Positions 30,281 through 39,563 of a stretch of 64,000 nt of DNA are shown here, one piece after another. This DNA is from Candidatus Merdivivens pullicola (GTDB lineage: Bacteria > Bacteroidota > Bacteroidia > Bacteroidales > UBA932). The stretch covers positions 1,722-65,721 of the forward strand of contig JADIMA010000007.1 in the NCBI GenBank assembly GCA_017694945.1, written 5' to 3'. How positions within the stretch are numbered: the stretch's first letter is position 1; every line of letters starts with the position of its first letter. Position numbers and translations under genes: made by a program. The notes beneath the pieces were generated by a model. That model searched no databases. It saw nothing but the letters and a program-made list of their open reading frames with translations, and had not been told where the DNA came from.

Positions 30281-30706
30281 TTAAAGTTCGTCATCATTTG
30301 TCGCTGCAAGGTAGAGCATGACCCTGTCTTCACCGAGCAAGTATTCGACAACTTCTTCGTCGGTAAGGTCATTGTCCGCCGTAGTCGTGCTGTCGTCGTC
30401 AAATCCGTTGATGACAGCCGCTCTCATCATATCGTATTCTTCTATTGACATCATGTCTGAAAAGTTGTCTGAAGAATATCCGGAGGACAGTTTCATGATT
30501 GTGAATCCTATTGCAAATACAAGTCCGAATGCGGCGGCCATTCCCAATGCAGGCTTGACAAAACGGTTCCACGGGTCAGCGGAAAAGGTCTCTTTTTTCC
30601 CGTTTTCAATCCGGAAGCGGATTTTTTCCTGCAAGGAGTCGAAATAACCTTCAGGAACAGTGTAGGGGTTTTGTTTTTTTGCATCCATGGCCATAGTCAA
30701 ATACAA
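30281..30706 (-). CDS. Putative anti-sigma factor (single-pass membrane protein)
   Basis: 141 aa with a central TM helix (PALGMAAAFGLVFAIGFTIM). It lies immediately downstream of the ECF sigma gene. Confidence 0.45.
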   Translation of the reverse strand: MYLTMAMDAKKQNPYTVPEGYFDSLQEKIRFRIENGKKETFSADPWNRFVKPALGMAAAFGLVFAIGFTIMKLSSGYSSDNFSDMMSIEEYDMMRAAVINGFDDDSTTTADNDLTDEEVVEYLLGEDRVMLYLAATNDDEL

Positions 30707-30798
30707 CTCTTAGACATCGTTTCTATTCAAAAGTTTAAGGAACAACCGTGTTTTCCTGTAAAATTGACATTTTTGCCGGAAGTTGTCGGTGAAATCTG

Positions 30799-31338
30799 TC
30801 AAAATTCGCCTTTCATCTCGGCTGCAATCTTTTTGTATGCGTGGTGGTAGGAAGCCTTTAGCGCACCTACGGATGTGCCGAGGATTTCGGACATATCCTC
30901 GTATTTCATCTCCTCGAAATAACGCATGTTGAATACCATGCGCTGTTTCGGCGGCAATGAAGCGATTGCCTTGTGGAGTTTCTTGAGGAGTGCGTCTCCG
31001 TTGAAATACGGGTCGGCCTCGATTTCTGCCGAGGCTACGGCCTTGTATGTCCTGAATGAAAGGCAGGCATGCAGTCTTTGCCTGTTCAGGAACGTGATGG
31101 TTTCATTGGTGGCAATGCGGTAAATCCATGTGTAAAGGCGGGATTCGCCTCTGAATGAGGGAAGTCCCGCCCATATTTTTACGAACGTGTTCTGAAGTAT
31201 GTCGTCTGTGTCTTCATGGCTGCCGGCCATCCTCCTTATGTGCCAGTACAGCCGTTCCTTGTAGGAAGACACTATTTCATTGAACGCTTCTTCAATGCGC
31301 CCGTTGTTGAACAGTGTTATGATTCTGTCGTCTTCCAA
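30799..31338 (-). CDS. ECF-type RNA polymerase sigma-70 factor
   Basis: 179 aa with region 2 (DDILQNTFVKIW) and a region 4 HTH (YEDMSEILGTSVGALKASYHHAYKKI). Confidence 0.8.
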   Translation of the reverse strand: MEDDRIITLFNNGRIEEAFNEIVSSYKERLYWHIRRMAGSHEDTDDILQNTFVKIWAGLPSFRGESRLYTWIYRIATNETITFLNRQRLHACLSFRTYKAVASAEIEADPYFNGDALLKKLHKAIASLPPKQRMVFNMRYFEEMKYEDMSEILGTSVGALKASYHHAYKKIAAEMKGEF

Positions 31339-31349
31339 ATGGCAGGAGG

Positions 31350-32321
31350 TTATCTGTTCTTCCTGCTTATCGCTTTTCTGGCGGCTTCAACAATATGTGC
31401 GGCATCAAGCCCGTATGCCTTCATGAGTTCCGCCGGTGAGCCGCTCTGTCCGAACCTGTCATCGACAGCGACGAGTTCCAGCGGCGCCGGGGTGTGCCTT
31501 GCCAGTGTCCCGGCAATCAGTTCCCCGAGCCCTCCGGCAATCAGATGCTCTTCCGCGCATACTGCGGCGCCGGTTTTTGCTACGGATGTTATGACGGCTT
31601 CTGTATCAAGAGGCTTGATTGTATGGATGTCTATGACTTCGGCTGAAATGCCTTCGGCTTCAAGTCCTTTTGCTGCCTGGAGGGCTTCCCATACGAGATG
31701 CCCGGTGGCGAATATTGTAACATCAGAGCCTTCGTTGAGCATGAGTGCCTTGCCTATTTCAAATGTCTGGTTCTCAGGGGTGAAATTAGGAACCGAAGGT
31801 CTTCCGAAACGGAGATATACCGGCCCGTGGTATGCTGCCGCCGCGATTGTGGCCGCTTTGGTCTGGTTGTAGTCGCACGGATTGATTACTACCATGTTGG
31901 GCAGTACTCTCATAAGGGCGATGTCTTCCATTGTCTGGTGGGTGGCTCCGTCTTCTCCGAGAGTTATTCCTGCATGGGATGCGGCTATCTTCACATTTGT
32001 GTTACCGTATGCCACTTCCTGACGGATCTGGTCGTAAACCCTTCCGGTGATGAATTCGGCGAACGACCCCGCGAAAGGTATTTTCCCTGTGAGTGCGGCG
32101 CCGGCTGCTACGCCTATCATGTTTGCTTCGGCTATGCCGCACTGTATGAACCTCTCAGGCCATGTTTCGGCGAACTTGTCCATTTTCAGCGAGCCGGCCA
32201 GGTCGGCGCACAATGCTATTATTTCAGGATTGTTCAGGGCCGCTTCGTAAAGTCCGGCTCCGAAACCGCTGCGGGTGTCCTTGTTGCCGCTGTTTATATA
32301 TTCCTGTTTCATGATTTTCAA
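31350..32321 (-). CDS. Transketolase, C-terminal (pyrimidine-binding) subunit
   Basis: 323 aa with transketolase Pyr and C-terminal domain blocks (CGIAEANMIGVAAG...). It pairs with the upstream N-terminal subunit gene. Confidence 0.85.
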   Translation of the reverse strand: MKIMKQEYINSGNKDTRSGFGAGLYEAALNNPEIIALCADLAGSLKMDKFAETWPERFIQCGIAEANMIGVAAGAALTGKIPFAGSFAEFITGRVYDQIRQEVAYGNTNVKIAASHAGITLGEDGATHQTMEDIALMRVLPNMVVINPCDYNQTKAATIAAAAYHGPVYLRFGRPSVPNFTPENQTFEIGKALMLNEGSDVTIFATGHLVWEALQAAKGLEAEGISAEVIDIHTIKPLDTEAVITSVAKTGAAVCAEEHLIAGGLGELIAGTLARHTPAPLELVAVDDRFGQSGSPAELMKAYGLDAAHIVEAARKAISRKNR

Positions 32322-32332
32322 TGATTTAAAGA

Positions 32333-33169
32333 TTAATAATCGCCTAATGTTTCTTCAAGTTGGGCCAGGGCTGCGGTTGCCTGTTCGTCAGAAGGGGCCT
32401 TGCCGTGCCATTTATGGGTTCCGCACATGAAGTCCACGCCTTGTCCCATGTTGCTTCTGGCAAGGATTATGGCCGGGCGGTTGGCCTGTTGCGCTTTCCT
32501 GAATGCGTCCAGCAGGGAATCAAAGTCATGGGCGTCGCACAGTATTGTCTCCCAGCCGAAGGCTTTCCATATAGGTTCATAGTCCTTTATTCCGGCTACA
32601 TCGGAAACTTTTCCGTCAATCTGCTGGTTGTTCCAGTCCATGATTGCAATGAGATTGTCAAGCCCGTGGTTTACGGCAAACATGGCTGCTTCCCAGATCT
32701 GTCCCTCTTCGCACTCGCCGTCTCCCAGCAGGACATAGACCCTGTTGTTTTCCTTGTCCATTTTCTTGGCAAGGGCGATTCCTGCAGCGGCGGAAAGTCC
32801 TTGTCCGAGAGAACCGGACGGCTGGAATACTCCCGGAAGCCCCTTTTCAGTGCAAGGATGTCCCTGGAGCCTGCTACCGAATACCCTCAGAGTGGCCAGT
32901 TCCCTGATGTCAAAATATCCCGAACGGGCGAGTACCGAGTAATAAACCGGTGCGAGATGTCCGGCCGAGAGGATGAAGGCGTCGTATCCCTTCGCATCCC
33001 TTTTCCAGTCGGAAGGGTTGTGTTTCATGACATCAAAATACAGGGCGGTCATAATCTCAGTACTGCTGAGAGATCCGCCCGGGTGTCCCGATTTAGCGGA
33101 ATGCACCATGCGTATGATATCGCGCCTTACTTGGGACGCGATACGTTTCAGTTCTTCTGTTTTAGACAT
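32333..33169 (-). CDS. Transketolase, N-terminal (TPP-binding) subunit
   Basis: 278 aa with the SGHPGGSLS and GDGECEEGQIWEA thiamine-diphosphate motifs. Confidence 0.85.
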   Translation of the reverse strand: MSKTEELKRIASQVRRDIIRMVHSAKSGHPGGSLSSTEIMTALYFDVMKHNPSDWKRDAKGYDAFILSAGHLAPVYYSVLARSGYFDIRELATLRVFGSRLQGHPCTEKGLPGVFQPSGSLGQGLSAAAGIALAKKMDKENNRVYVLLGDGECEEGQIWEAAMFAVNHGLDNLIAIMDWNNQQIDGKVSDVAGIKDYEPIWKAFGWETILCDAHDFDSLLDAFRKAQQANRPAIILARSNMGQGVDFMCGTHKWHGKAPSDEQATAALAQLEETLGDY

Positions 33170-33234
33170 AAGAGTTAAAATTTAGGCAGCAATTAAACTA
33201 TCAGACAAATGTACGCCCTTTTTTCAATTTTCGC

Positions 33235-33242
33235 TATATTTG
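33235..33242 (+). promoter_or_regulatory. -7 promoter box TATATTTG for lepA
   Basis: Exact TAnnTTTG, 19 nt upstream of the ATG at 33262. Confidence 0.45.
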
Positions 33243-33261
33243 CGCCATATATTTCTGTAAA

Positions 33262-35049
33262 ATGAAAAATATTAGGAATTTCTCGATAATTGCGCATATA
33301 GATCACGGTAAAAGCACGTTGGCCGACAGGCTGCTTGAAGCGACACGGACGCTCAGTGAAAGGGACATGGAAAACCAGGTGCTTGATTCGATGGATCTTG
33401 AAAAAGAAAAGGGGATAACCATCAAAAGCCATGCAATCCAGATGGAGTACATGAAGGACGGGCAGAATTATATCCTGAACCTCATCGATACTCCGGGACA
33501 TGTGGATTTTTCATACGAGGTGTCCAGGGCGATAGCCTCTTGCGAGGGCGCCCTGCTTGTAGTTGATGCAACCCAGGGCATACAGGCGCAGACCATTTCC
33601 AATCTTTATCTGGCCATCGAGCATGATTTGACGATTATTCCCGTATTGAACAAGATTGACATGGATTCGGCCATGGTTGACGTAGTGAAGGATCAGGTCG
33701 TCGAACTTCTGGGATGCGACCCTGATGAGATAATCCTTGCTTCCGGAAAAACGGGCCAGGGTGTTGACGAGATACTTGACGCGATAGTTGACCGTATTCC
33801 GGCACCTTCAGGAGATCCCGAAGCGCCATTGCAGGCACTCATATTCGACTCTGTTTTCAATGCGTTCAGAGGCATCATAGCCTATTTCAAAGTCGAGAAC
33901 GGTTCAATCCGTACCGGTGACAAAGTCAAGTTTTTCAATACCGGAAGAGAATACGAGGCCGATGAAGTGGGTGTGTTGAAGATGAAACTTGAACCGCGTG
34001 ACGAAATTCCATGCGGAAGCGTAGGATATATTATTTCTGGCATAAAAACGGCGGCCGAGGTGAAGGTGGGCGATACCATAACCCATGTGGAGCGTCCTTG
34101 TACATCATCAATTGCCGGGTTTGAGGAGGTTAAACCGATGCTTTTTGCCGGTGTATATCCTGTCGAGGCTGATCAGTACGAGGATCTCAGGGCTTCACTT
34201 GAAAAACTCCGTCTGAACGATGCTTCGCTTGTATTCGAACCTGAATCGTCGCTTGCGCTCGGTTTCGGATTCAGGTGCGGTTTCCTCGGGCTTCTGCATC
34301 TTGAAATAGTACAGGAGAGGCTTTACAGGGAGTTCGACATGGATGTGATAACCACGGTGCCTAACGTTTCCTACAAGGTATATACGACGCAGCACGAGGT
34401 TCTGGATGTACACAATCCTTCCGGGCTTCCTGCTCCGACTTTGATAGACTATATCGAAGAGCCCTACATAAAGGCGCAGATTATCTCGAAAAGCGAGTTT
34501 TTCGGAGGGATAATGAAACTGTGTCTGGACAAGAGGGGCACTCTTACGGGGCAGCATTTTCTTTCTTCGGACAGGGTCGAACTCAACTATGAGATGCCTC
34601 TTGCCGAGATAGTTTTTGATTTTTATGACAAATTGAAATCGATTTCCAAAGGATATGCGTCTTTTGATTATCATGTAATCGGCTTCAAGAGGGCGGAACT
34701 TGTAAAACTCGACATCTTGCTTAATTCCGAGCCTGTTGATGCGCTTTCAAGCCTCATACACCGCGACCATGCCTATGATTTTGGAAGGAAGATGTGTGAA
34801 AAATTGAAAGAACTGATTCCGCGCCAGCAGTTCGACATAGCAATCCAGGCTGCAATAGGTGCGAAAATCATTGCCCGTGAGACTGTTAAGGCTGTACGCA
34901 AGGATGTGACGGCAAAATGTTACGGCGGCGATATAACACGTAAGAGGAAACTTCTGGAAAAACAGAAGAAGGGCAAGAAGCGCATGCGCCAGGTAGGCAA
35001 TGTGGAAGTGCCTCAGAGCGCTTTCATGGCGGTACTGAAACTGGATTAG
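33262..35049 (+). CDS. lepA: Translation elongation factor 4 (LepA)
   Basis: 595 aa. G1 motif [10 protein letters not shown]3 motif DTPGHVDF and the LepA-specific C-terminal domain. Confidence 0.9.
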   Translation: MKNIRNFSIIAHIDHGKSTLADRLLEATRTLSERDMENQVLDSMDLEKEKGITIKSHAIQMEYMKDGQNYILNLIDTPGHVDFSYEVSRAIASCEGALLVVDATQGIQAQTISNLYLAIEHDLTIIPVLNKIDMDSAMVDVVKDQVVELLGCDPDEIILASGKTGQGVDEILDAIVDRIPAPSGDPEAPLQALIFDSVFNAFRGIIAYFKVENGSIRTGDKVKFFNTGREYEADEVGVLKMKLEPRDEIPCGSVGYIISGIKTAAEVKVGDTITHVERPCTSSIAGFEEVKPMLFAGVYPVEADQYEDLRASLEKLRLNDASLVFEPESSLALGFGFRCGFLGLLHLEIVQERLYREFDMDVITTVPNVSYKVYTTQHEVLDVHNPSGLPAPTLIDYIEEPYIKAQIISKSEFFGGIMKLCLDKRGTLTGQHFLSSDRVELNYEMPLAEIVFDFYDKLKSISKGYASFDYHVIGFKRAELVKLDILLNSEPVDALSSLIHRDHAYDFGRKMCEKLKELIPRQQFDIAIQAAIGAKIIARETVKAVRKDVTAKCYGGDITRKRKLLEKQKKGKKRMRQVGNVEVPQSAFMAVLKLD

Positions 35050-35910
35050 ATGAATGTCTTTGCCGTCATTGTGACTTATAATGCGATGAGATGGGCCGGA
35101 AAGTCCATCTCATCTCTCTATCGTTCCACCTGTTGTCCATATCGTATTATTGTAATCGACAATTCCTCGTCCGACGGTACTCCGGAGTATGTCAATGCCA
35201 CTTTCCCTGATGTTGAACTCATCCGCATGGATTCCAATATCGGTTTTGCGGCGTCTGCTCGGGTCGGCGTGGACAAGGCAGTCGGTTCGGGAGCCGATGC
35301 CGTGTTGCTTATGCACCATGATGTATGGCTGGCTCCTGATGCGCTGGAAGTCCTTGAGGGCAATTGCACGGACGATTCCCTGCTCGTGCCGGTTTATATG
35401 AACGGGCCCGGTTCGGATTATGAGACGTCATTCCGTTCCGTCATAAGGCATTCCGGCAGGCTGCGCAAGACTCTCCCAGGGTCTGCCGGAGGGCGTTCAT
35501 GTTACAAAATACCTGTCCGTAATGTTCCGTATGGGTGTTGGTTTATTCCCGTGCCGCTGATAAATGAAATCGGCTTTTTGAATCCTCTGTTTTTCTGCTC
35601 CGGGGCCTCTGAAGAATATCTTGCGAGGATGCGTTGCCGTTCAAAAAAGGCATTTGTCGTAACCGGGGCGAAAATCTTCCATGACCGCGACAGTTACGGG
35701 GACAGGACTCTGTACGATACATCCCTTATCTATCGCGATTTGTTATTGATAGAGTGCGACCCCGGGAAAACAAAGACAGGACGGGTGGTGTCCCGTGCAT
35801 TGCTCTTAGCAGGCCTTGTGCGCAAGAGTCTGCATTATCGCGTGAATCTGCTGCCTTTTTATTTCAAGGACAGGCGCAGGATTAAAGGTAAAAATACGAT
35901 AATCAATTAA
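35050..35910 (+). CDS. Family 2 glycosyltransferase
   Basis: 286 aa. The N-terminal block VIVTYNAMRW...IVIDNSSSDGT is typical of GT2. Its ATG directly abuts the lepA stop. Confidence 0.65.
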   Translation: MNVFAVIVTYNAMRWAGKSISSLYRSTCCPYRIIVIDNSSSDGTPEYVNATFPDVELIRMDSNIGFAASARVGVDKAVGSGADAVLLMHHDVWLAPDALEVLEGNCTDDSLLVPVYMNGPGSDYETSFRSVIRHSGRLRKTLPGSAGGRSCYKIPVRNVPYGCWFIPVPLINEIGFLNPLFFCSGASEEYLARMRCRSKKAFVVTGAKIFHDRDSYGDRTLYDTSLIYRDLLLIECDPGKTKTGRVVSRALLLAGLVRKSLHYRVNLLPFYFKDRRRIKGKNTIIN

Positions 35911-35957
35911 AAAAGGAGGCTGTTTCACCCTGTTGCGGAACAGCCTCCTTTCGGTTT
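35911..35957. terminator. Bidirectional rho-independent terminator (GT2 / GH2)
   Basis: 11-bp stem AGGAGGCTGTT / AACAGCCTCCT, flanked by A- and T-runs. Confidence 0.7.
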
Positions 35958-35968
35958 TGCCATAACAG

Positions 35969-38900
35969 TCAAATCCCTTTTCCCGGACTGAACTTCACTG
36001 TGAATTCATATTCCCCGAAAGGAACCATGTATTCTTCCAACGGCCATGCTCCCCAGGAGTCTATGCAGCCAAGCCCCATCTGCACCTTGTCGAAGCAGAG
36101 GGATGTAAAGCCGTCGCGCACAAGTTCTGCCGGATGCCTCTGAGCCTTCTGCTCTACAGGCCCTTCGTCAAGGGTTTCCTGCGAATAAGGGAGAGCCGAT
36201 GCGCTGAAAATCTCAGGAGATGTGAGGGTCAGGGATATGCCCCCGGCTTCATTTATCAGCGTCCATTCTTTCAAGTCGCTGTGCGTTCCGCATTCCTGCG
36301 GGCGGATGTAAGGATAGAACATGTCATCCACGGATGCGGAGTAATAGCCGAACACGGCAGAGCCTTTGCGGTCTGAATAGTTCTCCCACGGCCCGCGGCC
36401 GTAGTAGGATACTTCATTGAAACTTTCAGGTAGGTCGGCGCGCATGCCGAAACGGAACATGTACTTGTATGCGCCGTCCATGGATGCAGCCCTGCTGTCG
36501 GGCATGAGCCTCTGTACGATGCCGAGTTCTCCGGCGGCGTTTGCTGAATACTCGATTTCAAGTCCCGCTGGAATGTTTTCAAATCTGAATACGGCTTTGA
36601 TCGAAGTCCCGTCTGCCGCTATGCTTTCCAAGGTCATTGCAGGAGAATGCCATTCCTTGAAGCGGAGTTGCTGGCCTGCTCCGAAGTCATTGTCAGTTAC
36701 AGCCCTCCAGAAGTTCGGGCGTATGCTGCTCCCTTTTTCAAGCAACTGGATGCCGTCATATATGTAACTTTCTACAAGTCCGTTAGCCTTTGAAATACGG
36801 ATTTCACTGCTGTCTCCGGAGAATACGAAAGCATTCTCGGCATCGGCGGCGGCAATGATGTCTGTCGCATTGTCCAAAGGATGGTACATGTCAGGCTCTT
36901 TGAGGACGAATTGGGAATATGCTACCCTGTGGCCTGCCGGAAGGAAAGGTTCTTCCGATTTTAAAACATAGTCGATATTCAGAAGCAGGTCGTTCTCGCT
37001 TGAAAGCCAGGATGCGAGCGAGTCGCTGTCATAACCGAGCAGCAGTTCGGCTGTCTGTTGCGGGGCTATGTTCAGGACGTCGATTGTACCGGAGGCCTTC
37101 GTCTTGCCCGATGAAACGAGTTCCCAGTTCAGCGAATATGCTGAAAGGTCGCGGAAAAAGTATTCATTGAACACGGAAACTTTTCCGGTCAGCGTGTCGG
37201 CCAGGCTTGTCCATACAGGCTGGTGATAGTATCTGACTTCGTATGCGTGCGGGTTAGGATTGCGGTCGGGGCTGAAAAGCCCGTTGTTGCAGAAGTTCTT
37301 GTCCCAATCGCTGTCGCTGTCGTTGAAATCTCCGGCATAAGCAAGGACGGTCGTCCCGTTCTTGTCGTAATAGATTGACTGGTCAACAAAGTCCCAGATG
37401 AAACCTCCCTGATAGGCAGGGTATTTCCGTATGAGATCCCAGTATTCCTTGAAACCGCCTTCCGAATTGCCCATAGCGTGGGCGTATTCGATTTGGATGA
37501 GCGGCCTTTGAGGATTGTTCTCACAGTATCTGATTACCTCGGCATATCTGCGGTACATAGGCGAATAAATGTCGGCAACTTCAAACTCCTTGTCCTGTTC
37601 GTAAATAAGGAGTCTTGTAGAGTCCATGGCCTTAACGGCTTCACCGGCTGCCTTGAAATTCTCGCCATAGCCGGCCTCGTTCCCCAGCGACCAGAAAATG
37701 ATGGACGGGTGGTTCTTGAGTATCTTCACGTTGTCGGTGTTGCGTGAAACGTGCGCTGCCTTATAGACCGGATTTCTTGCAATGTTGCCTTCTCCGTACA
37801 TCATTCCGTGCGATTCGATATTGGCCTCCGCCACTACGTAAAGCCCGTATTTGTCACAGAGATAGTACCAATAAGGGTCGTCAGGGTAGTGGCATGTTCT
37901 TACTGCATTGATGTTGAACTCTTTCATGAGGCGGATGTCTTCCTCCATGTCTTCTTTTGAGACAAGGTATCCCCCGTGAGGGTTCATTTCATGCCTGTTG
38001 GCTCCTTTGAAAAGCACTGGCCGGCCGTTTACCAGCACGTTATATCCGTCAAGTTCCACGTTCCTGAAACCGAAATGCTGGCGGATGACTTCCATGATGC
38101 CTCCTTCGGAATCGTATAGCGTGAAAAGCGCTTCATACAGATTAGGAATCTCGGCGTTCCATGCAAGTACTTCAGGAAAACGCTCGGTAATGCGTTTTTC
38201 TCCCTGCATTTCAAGTTCCCTGACTTTTCCCCCGTCGGGCCCGAAAATCTCTATGCCTATCCGGCAGTCTTCGGGATAATCGGCGGTTATTTCAAGGACG
38301 CCGTCCCTGTAGCCGTTTTCAAGCCCGGCATCGATGCGTATGTCTTCGATATGCAGAGTGGAGCGGGCATACAGATAGTTTTCCCTTGCGACTCCGGTCA
38401 TTCTCCAGAAATCCTGGTCTTCTATGTATGTACCGTCGCACCATCTGAATACCTGGAAGGCAATGAGGTTCTTTTTGCCTGGAACAACATACGGGGTTAT
38501 GTCGAATTCGGCGGCAGTCTTGCTGTCTTCGCTGTAACCGGCGAACTGTCCGTTTACATAAAGGGTGATGTTCGATGTCACCGAGCCGAAATGGGCGACA
38601 ATCTGTTTACCGTCCCAATCTGCCGGAATCCTGATTTCCTTGCGGTATGAACCTACATGATTTTCCTTTACCGGGACATGCGGCGGATTGTTTTTGAATT
38701 TCTCCCTCCACGGATAGCCTACGTTGATATATACCGGATCTCCGTAACCGTTCATTTCCCAGATTCCGGGTACTGGCATCTTTCCCCATGAACTTTCATC
38801 AAGGTCGGGGACATAGAAATTACTTATTCTTTCATCGGCGTTTTCAGCCCAATGGAATTTCCATATCCCATGGAGTGAAAGGAAGTTCCGGGAAAATTCC

Positions 38901-39106
38901 TTGCTGTTCGCGGCTTCTTTTTTGTCGGCGAATGCAAACATGTCCGCATGGGATTCCATGCGGTTCACGTAATTGATTTCCGGGTCTGTCCATTCTTCAT
39001 GTGCCGGGTCAAGTCCGTATTCAGGTGCGGTCTTCTGTCCGCACGATGCAGCAGACATACCGGCTATGGCTATCGAGAGGATATGTAAGAATCGGGATGT
39101 CTTCAT
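35969..39106 (-). CDS. GH2 beta-galactosidase (LacZ-like), secreted
   Basis: 1045 aa with a signal peptide. Acid/base motif WSLGNEAGYG and nucleophile motif EYAHAMGNS, the latter identical to the E. coli LacZ block. Confidence 0.85.
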   Translation of the reverse strand: MKTSRFLHILSIAIAGMSAASCGQKTAPEYGLDPAHEEWTDPEINYVNRMESHADMFAFADKKEAANSKEFSRNFLSLHGIWKFHWAENADERISNFYVPDLDESSWGKMPVPGIWEMNGYGDPVYINVGYPWREKFKNNPPHVPVKENHVGSYRKEIRIPADWDGKQIVAHFGSVTSNITLYVNGQFAGYSEDSKTAAEFDITPYVVPGKKNLIAFQVFRWCDGTYIEDQDFWRMTGVARENYLYARSTLHIEDIRIDAGLENGYRDGVLEITADYPEDCRIGIEIFGPDGGKVRELEMQGEKRITERFPEVLAWNAEIPNLYEALFTLYDSEGGIMEVIRQHFGFRNVELDGYNVLVNGRPVLFKGANRHEMNPHGGYLVSKEDMEEDIRLMKEFNINAVRTCHYPDDPYWYYLCDKYGLYVVAEANIESHGMMYGEGNIARNPVYKAAHVSRNTDNVKILKNHPSIIFWSLGNEAGYGENFKAAGEAVKAMDSTRLLIYEQDKEFEVADIYSPMYRRYAEVIRYCENNPQRPLIQIEYAHAMGNSEGGFKEYWDLIRKYPAYQGGFIWDFVDQSIYYDKNGTTVLAYAGDFNDSDSDWDKNFCNNGLFSPDRNPNPHAYEVRYYHQPVWTSLADTLTGKVSVFNEYFFRDLSAYSLNWELVSSGKTKASGTIDVLNIAPQQTAELLLGYDSDSLASWLSSENDLLLNIDYVLKSEEPFLPAGHRVAYSQFVLKEPDMYHPLDNATDIIAAADAENAFVFSGDSSEIRISKANGLVESYIYDGIQLLEKGSSIRPNFWRAVTDNDFGAGQQLRFKEWHSPAMTLESIAADGTSIKAVFRFENIPAGLEIEYSANAAGELGIVQRLMPDSRAASMDGAYKYMFRFGMRADLPESFNEVSYYGRGPWENYSDRKGSAVFGYYSASVDDMFYPYIRPQECGTHSDLKEWTLINEAGGISLTLTSPEIFSASALPYSQETLDEGPVEQKAQRHPAELVRDGFTSLCFDKVQMGLGCIDSWGAWPLEEYMVPFGEYEFTVKFSPGKGI

Positions 39107-39124
39107 TTAGGGAATGCTTTGTCG

Positions 39125-39550
39125 TTAAATCAATTTCCTGATTATCACTCCTGTCGATTCCTCTTCGTTCCACAGCCAGTATGTGTCGTTTTCCATTTTG
39201 CTGACAATCATGGTCAGTTCTTTCTGGTTGAGGTTGTCGTTAAGGTACCATTTGAGATGTACGTTCACGGAAGTCCCGAGTTCTTTCATGTTGCCGGTTA
39301 CGTTTGCTTCCATGTAACGGCTCTGGTCATCGGTCATTACTCTGTATTTTCCATCCGAAGTCGATGAAAGTTGGCAGTTTTCGGAAGAATATTCCATGGT
39401 ATATGTTCCGTTTGTGACAAGACCCGGCTGGAGCATTTCAGTGAATTCACGCTGTTTCTGGGTCAGTTCCAGATCCTTGGTGCAGGATGTAAATGTTATC
39501 GCTGCCGCTGCAATGCAGATGTATGCGAGTGTTTTTATGATTTTAGACAT
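39125..39550 (-). CDS. Small lipoprotein, function unknown
   Basis: 141 aa with lipobox ITFTSC. It is wedged between the M6 protease and GH2 genes with 13- and 18-nt gaps. Confidence 0.5.
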   Translation of the reverse strand: MSKIIKTLAYICIAAAAITFTSCTKDLELTQKQREFTEMLQPGLVTNGTYTMEYSSENCQLSSTSDGKYRVMTDDQSRYMEANVTGNMKELGTSVNVHLKWYLNDNLNQKELTMIVSKMENDTYWLWNEEESTGVIIRKLI

Positions 39551-39563
39551 GTCTTTTAATATA

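Noticed and set aside
31350-33169. Transketolase encoded as two ORFs, considered as a possible frameshifted pseudogene.
   Set aside because: The two ORFs correspond cleanly to the N-terminal TPP-binding and the C-terminal Pyr/C domains. Each has its own ATG, and an 11-nt gap separates them. Split transketolases of this kind are a well-known natural arrangement.
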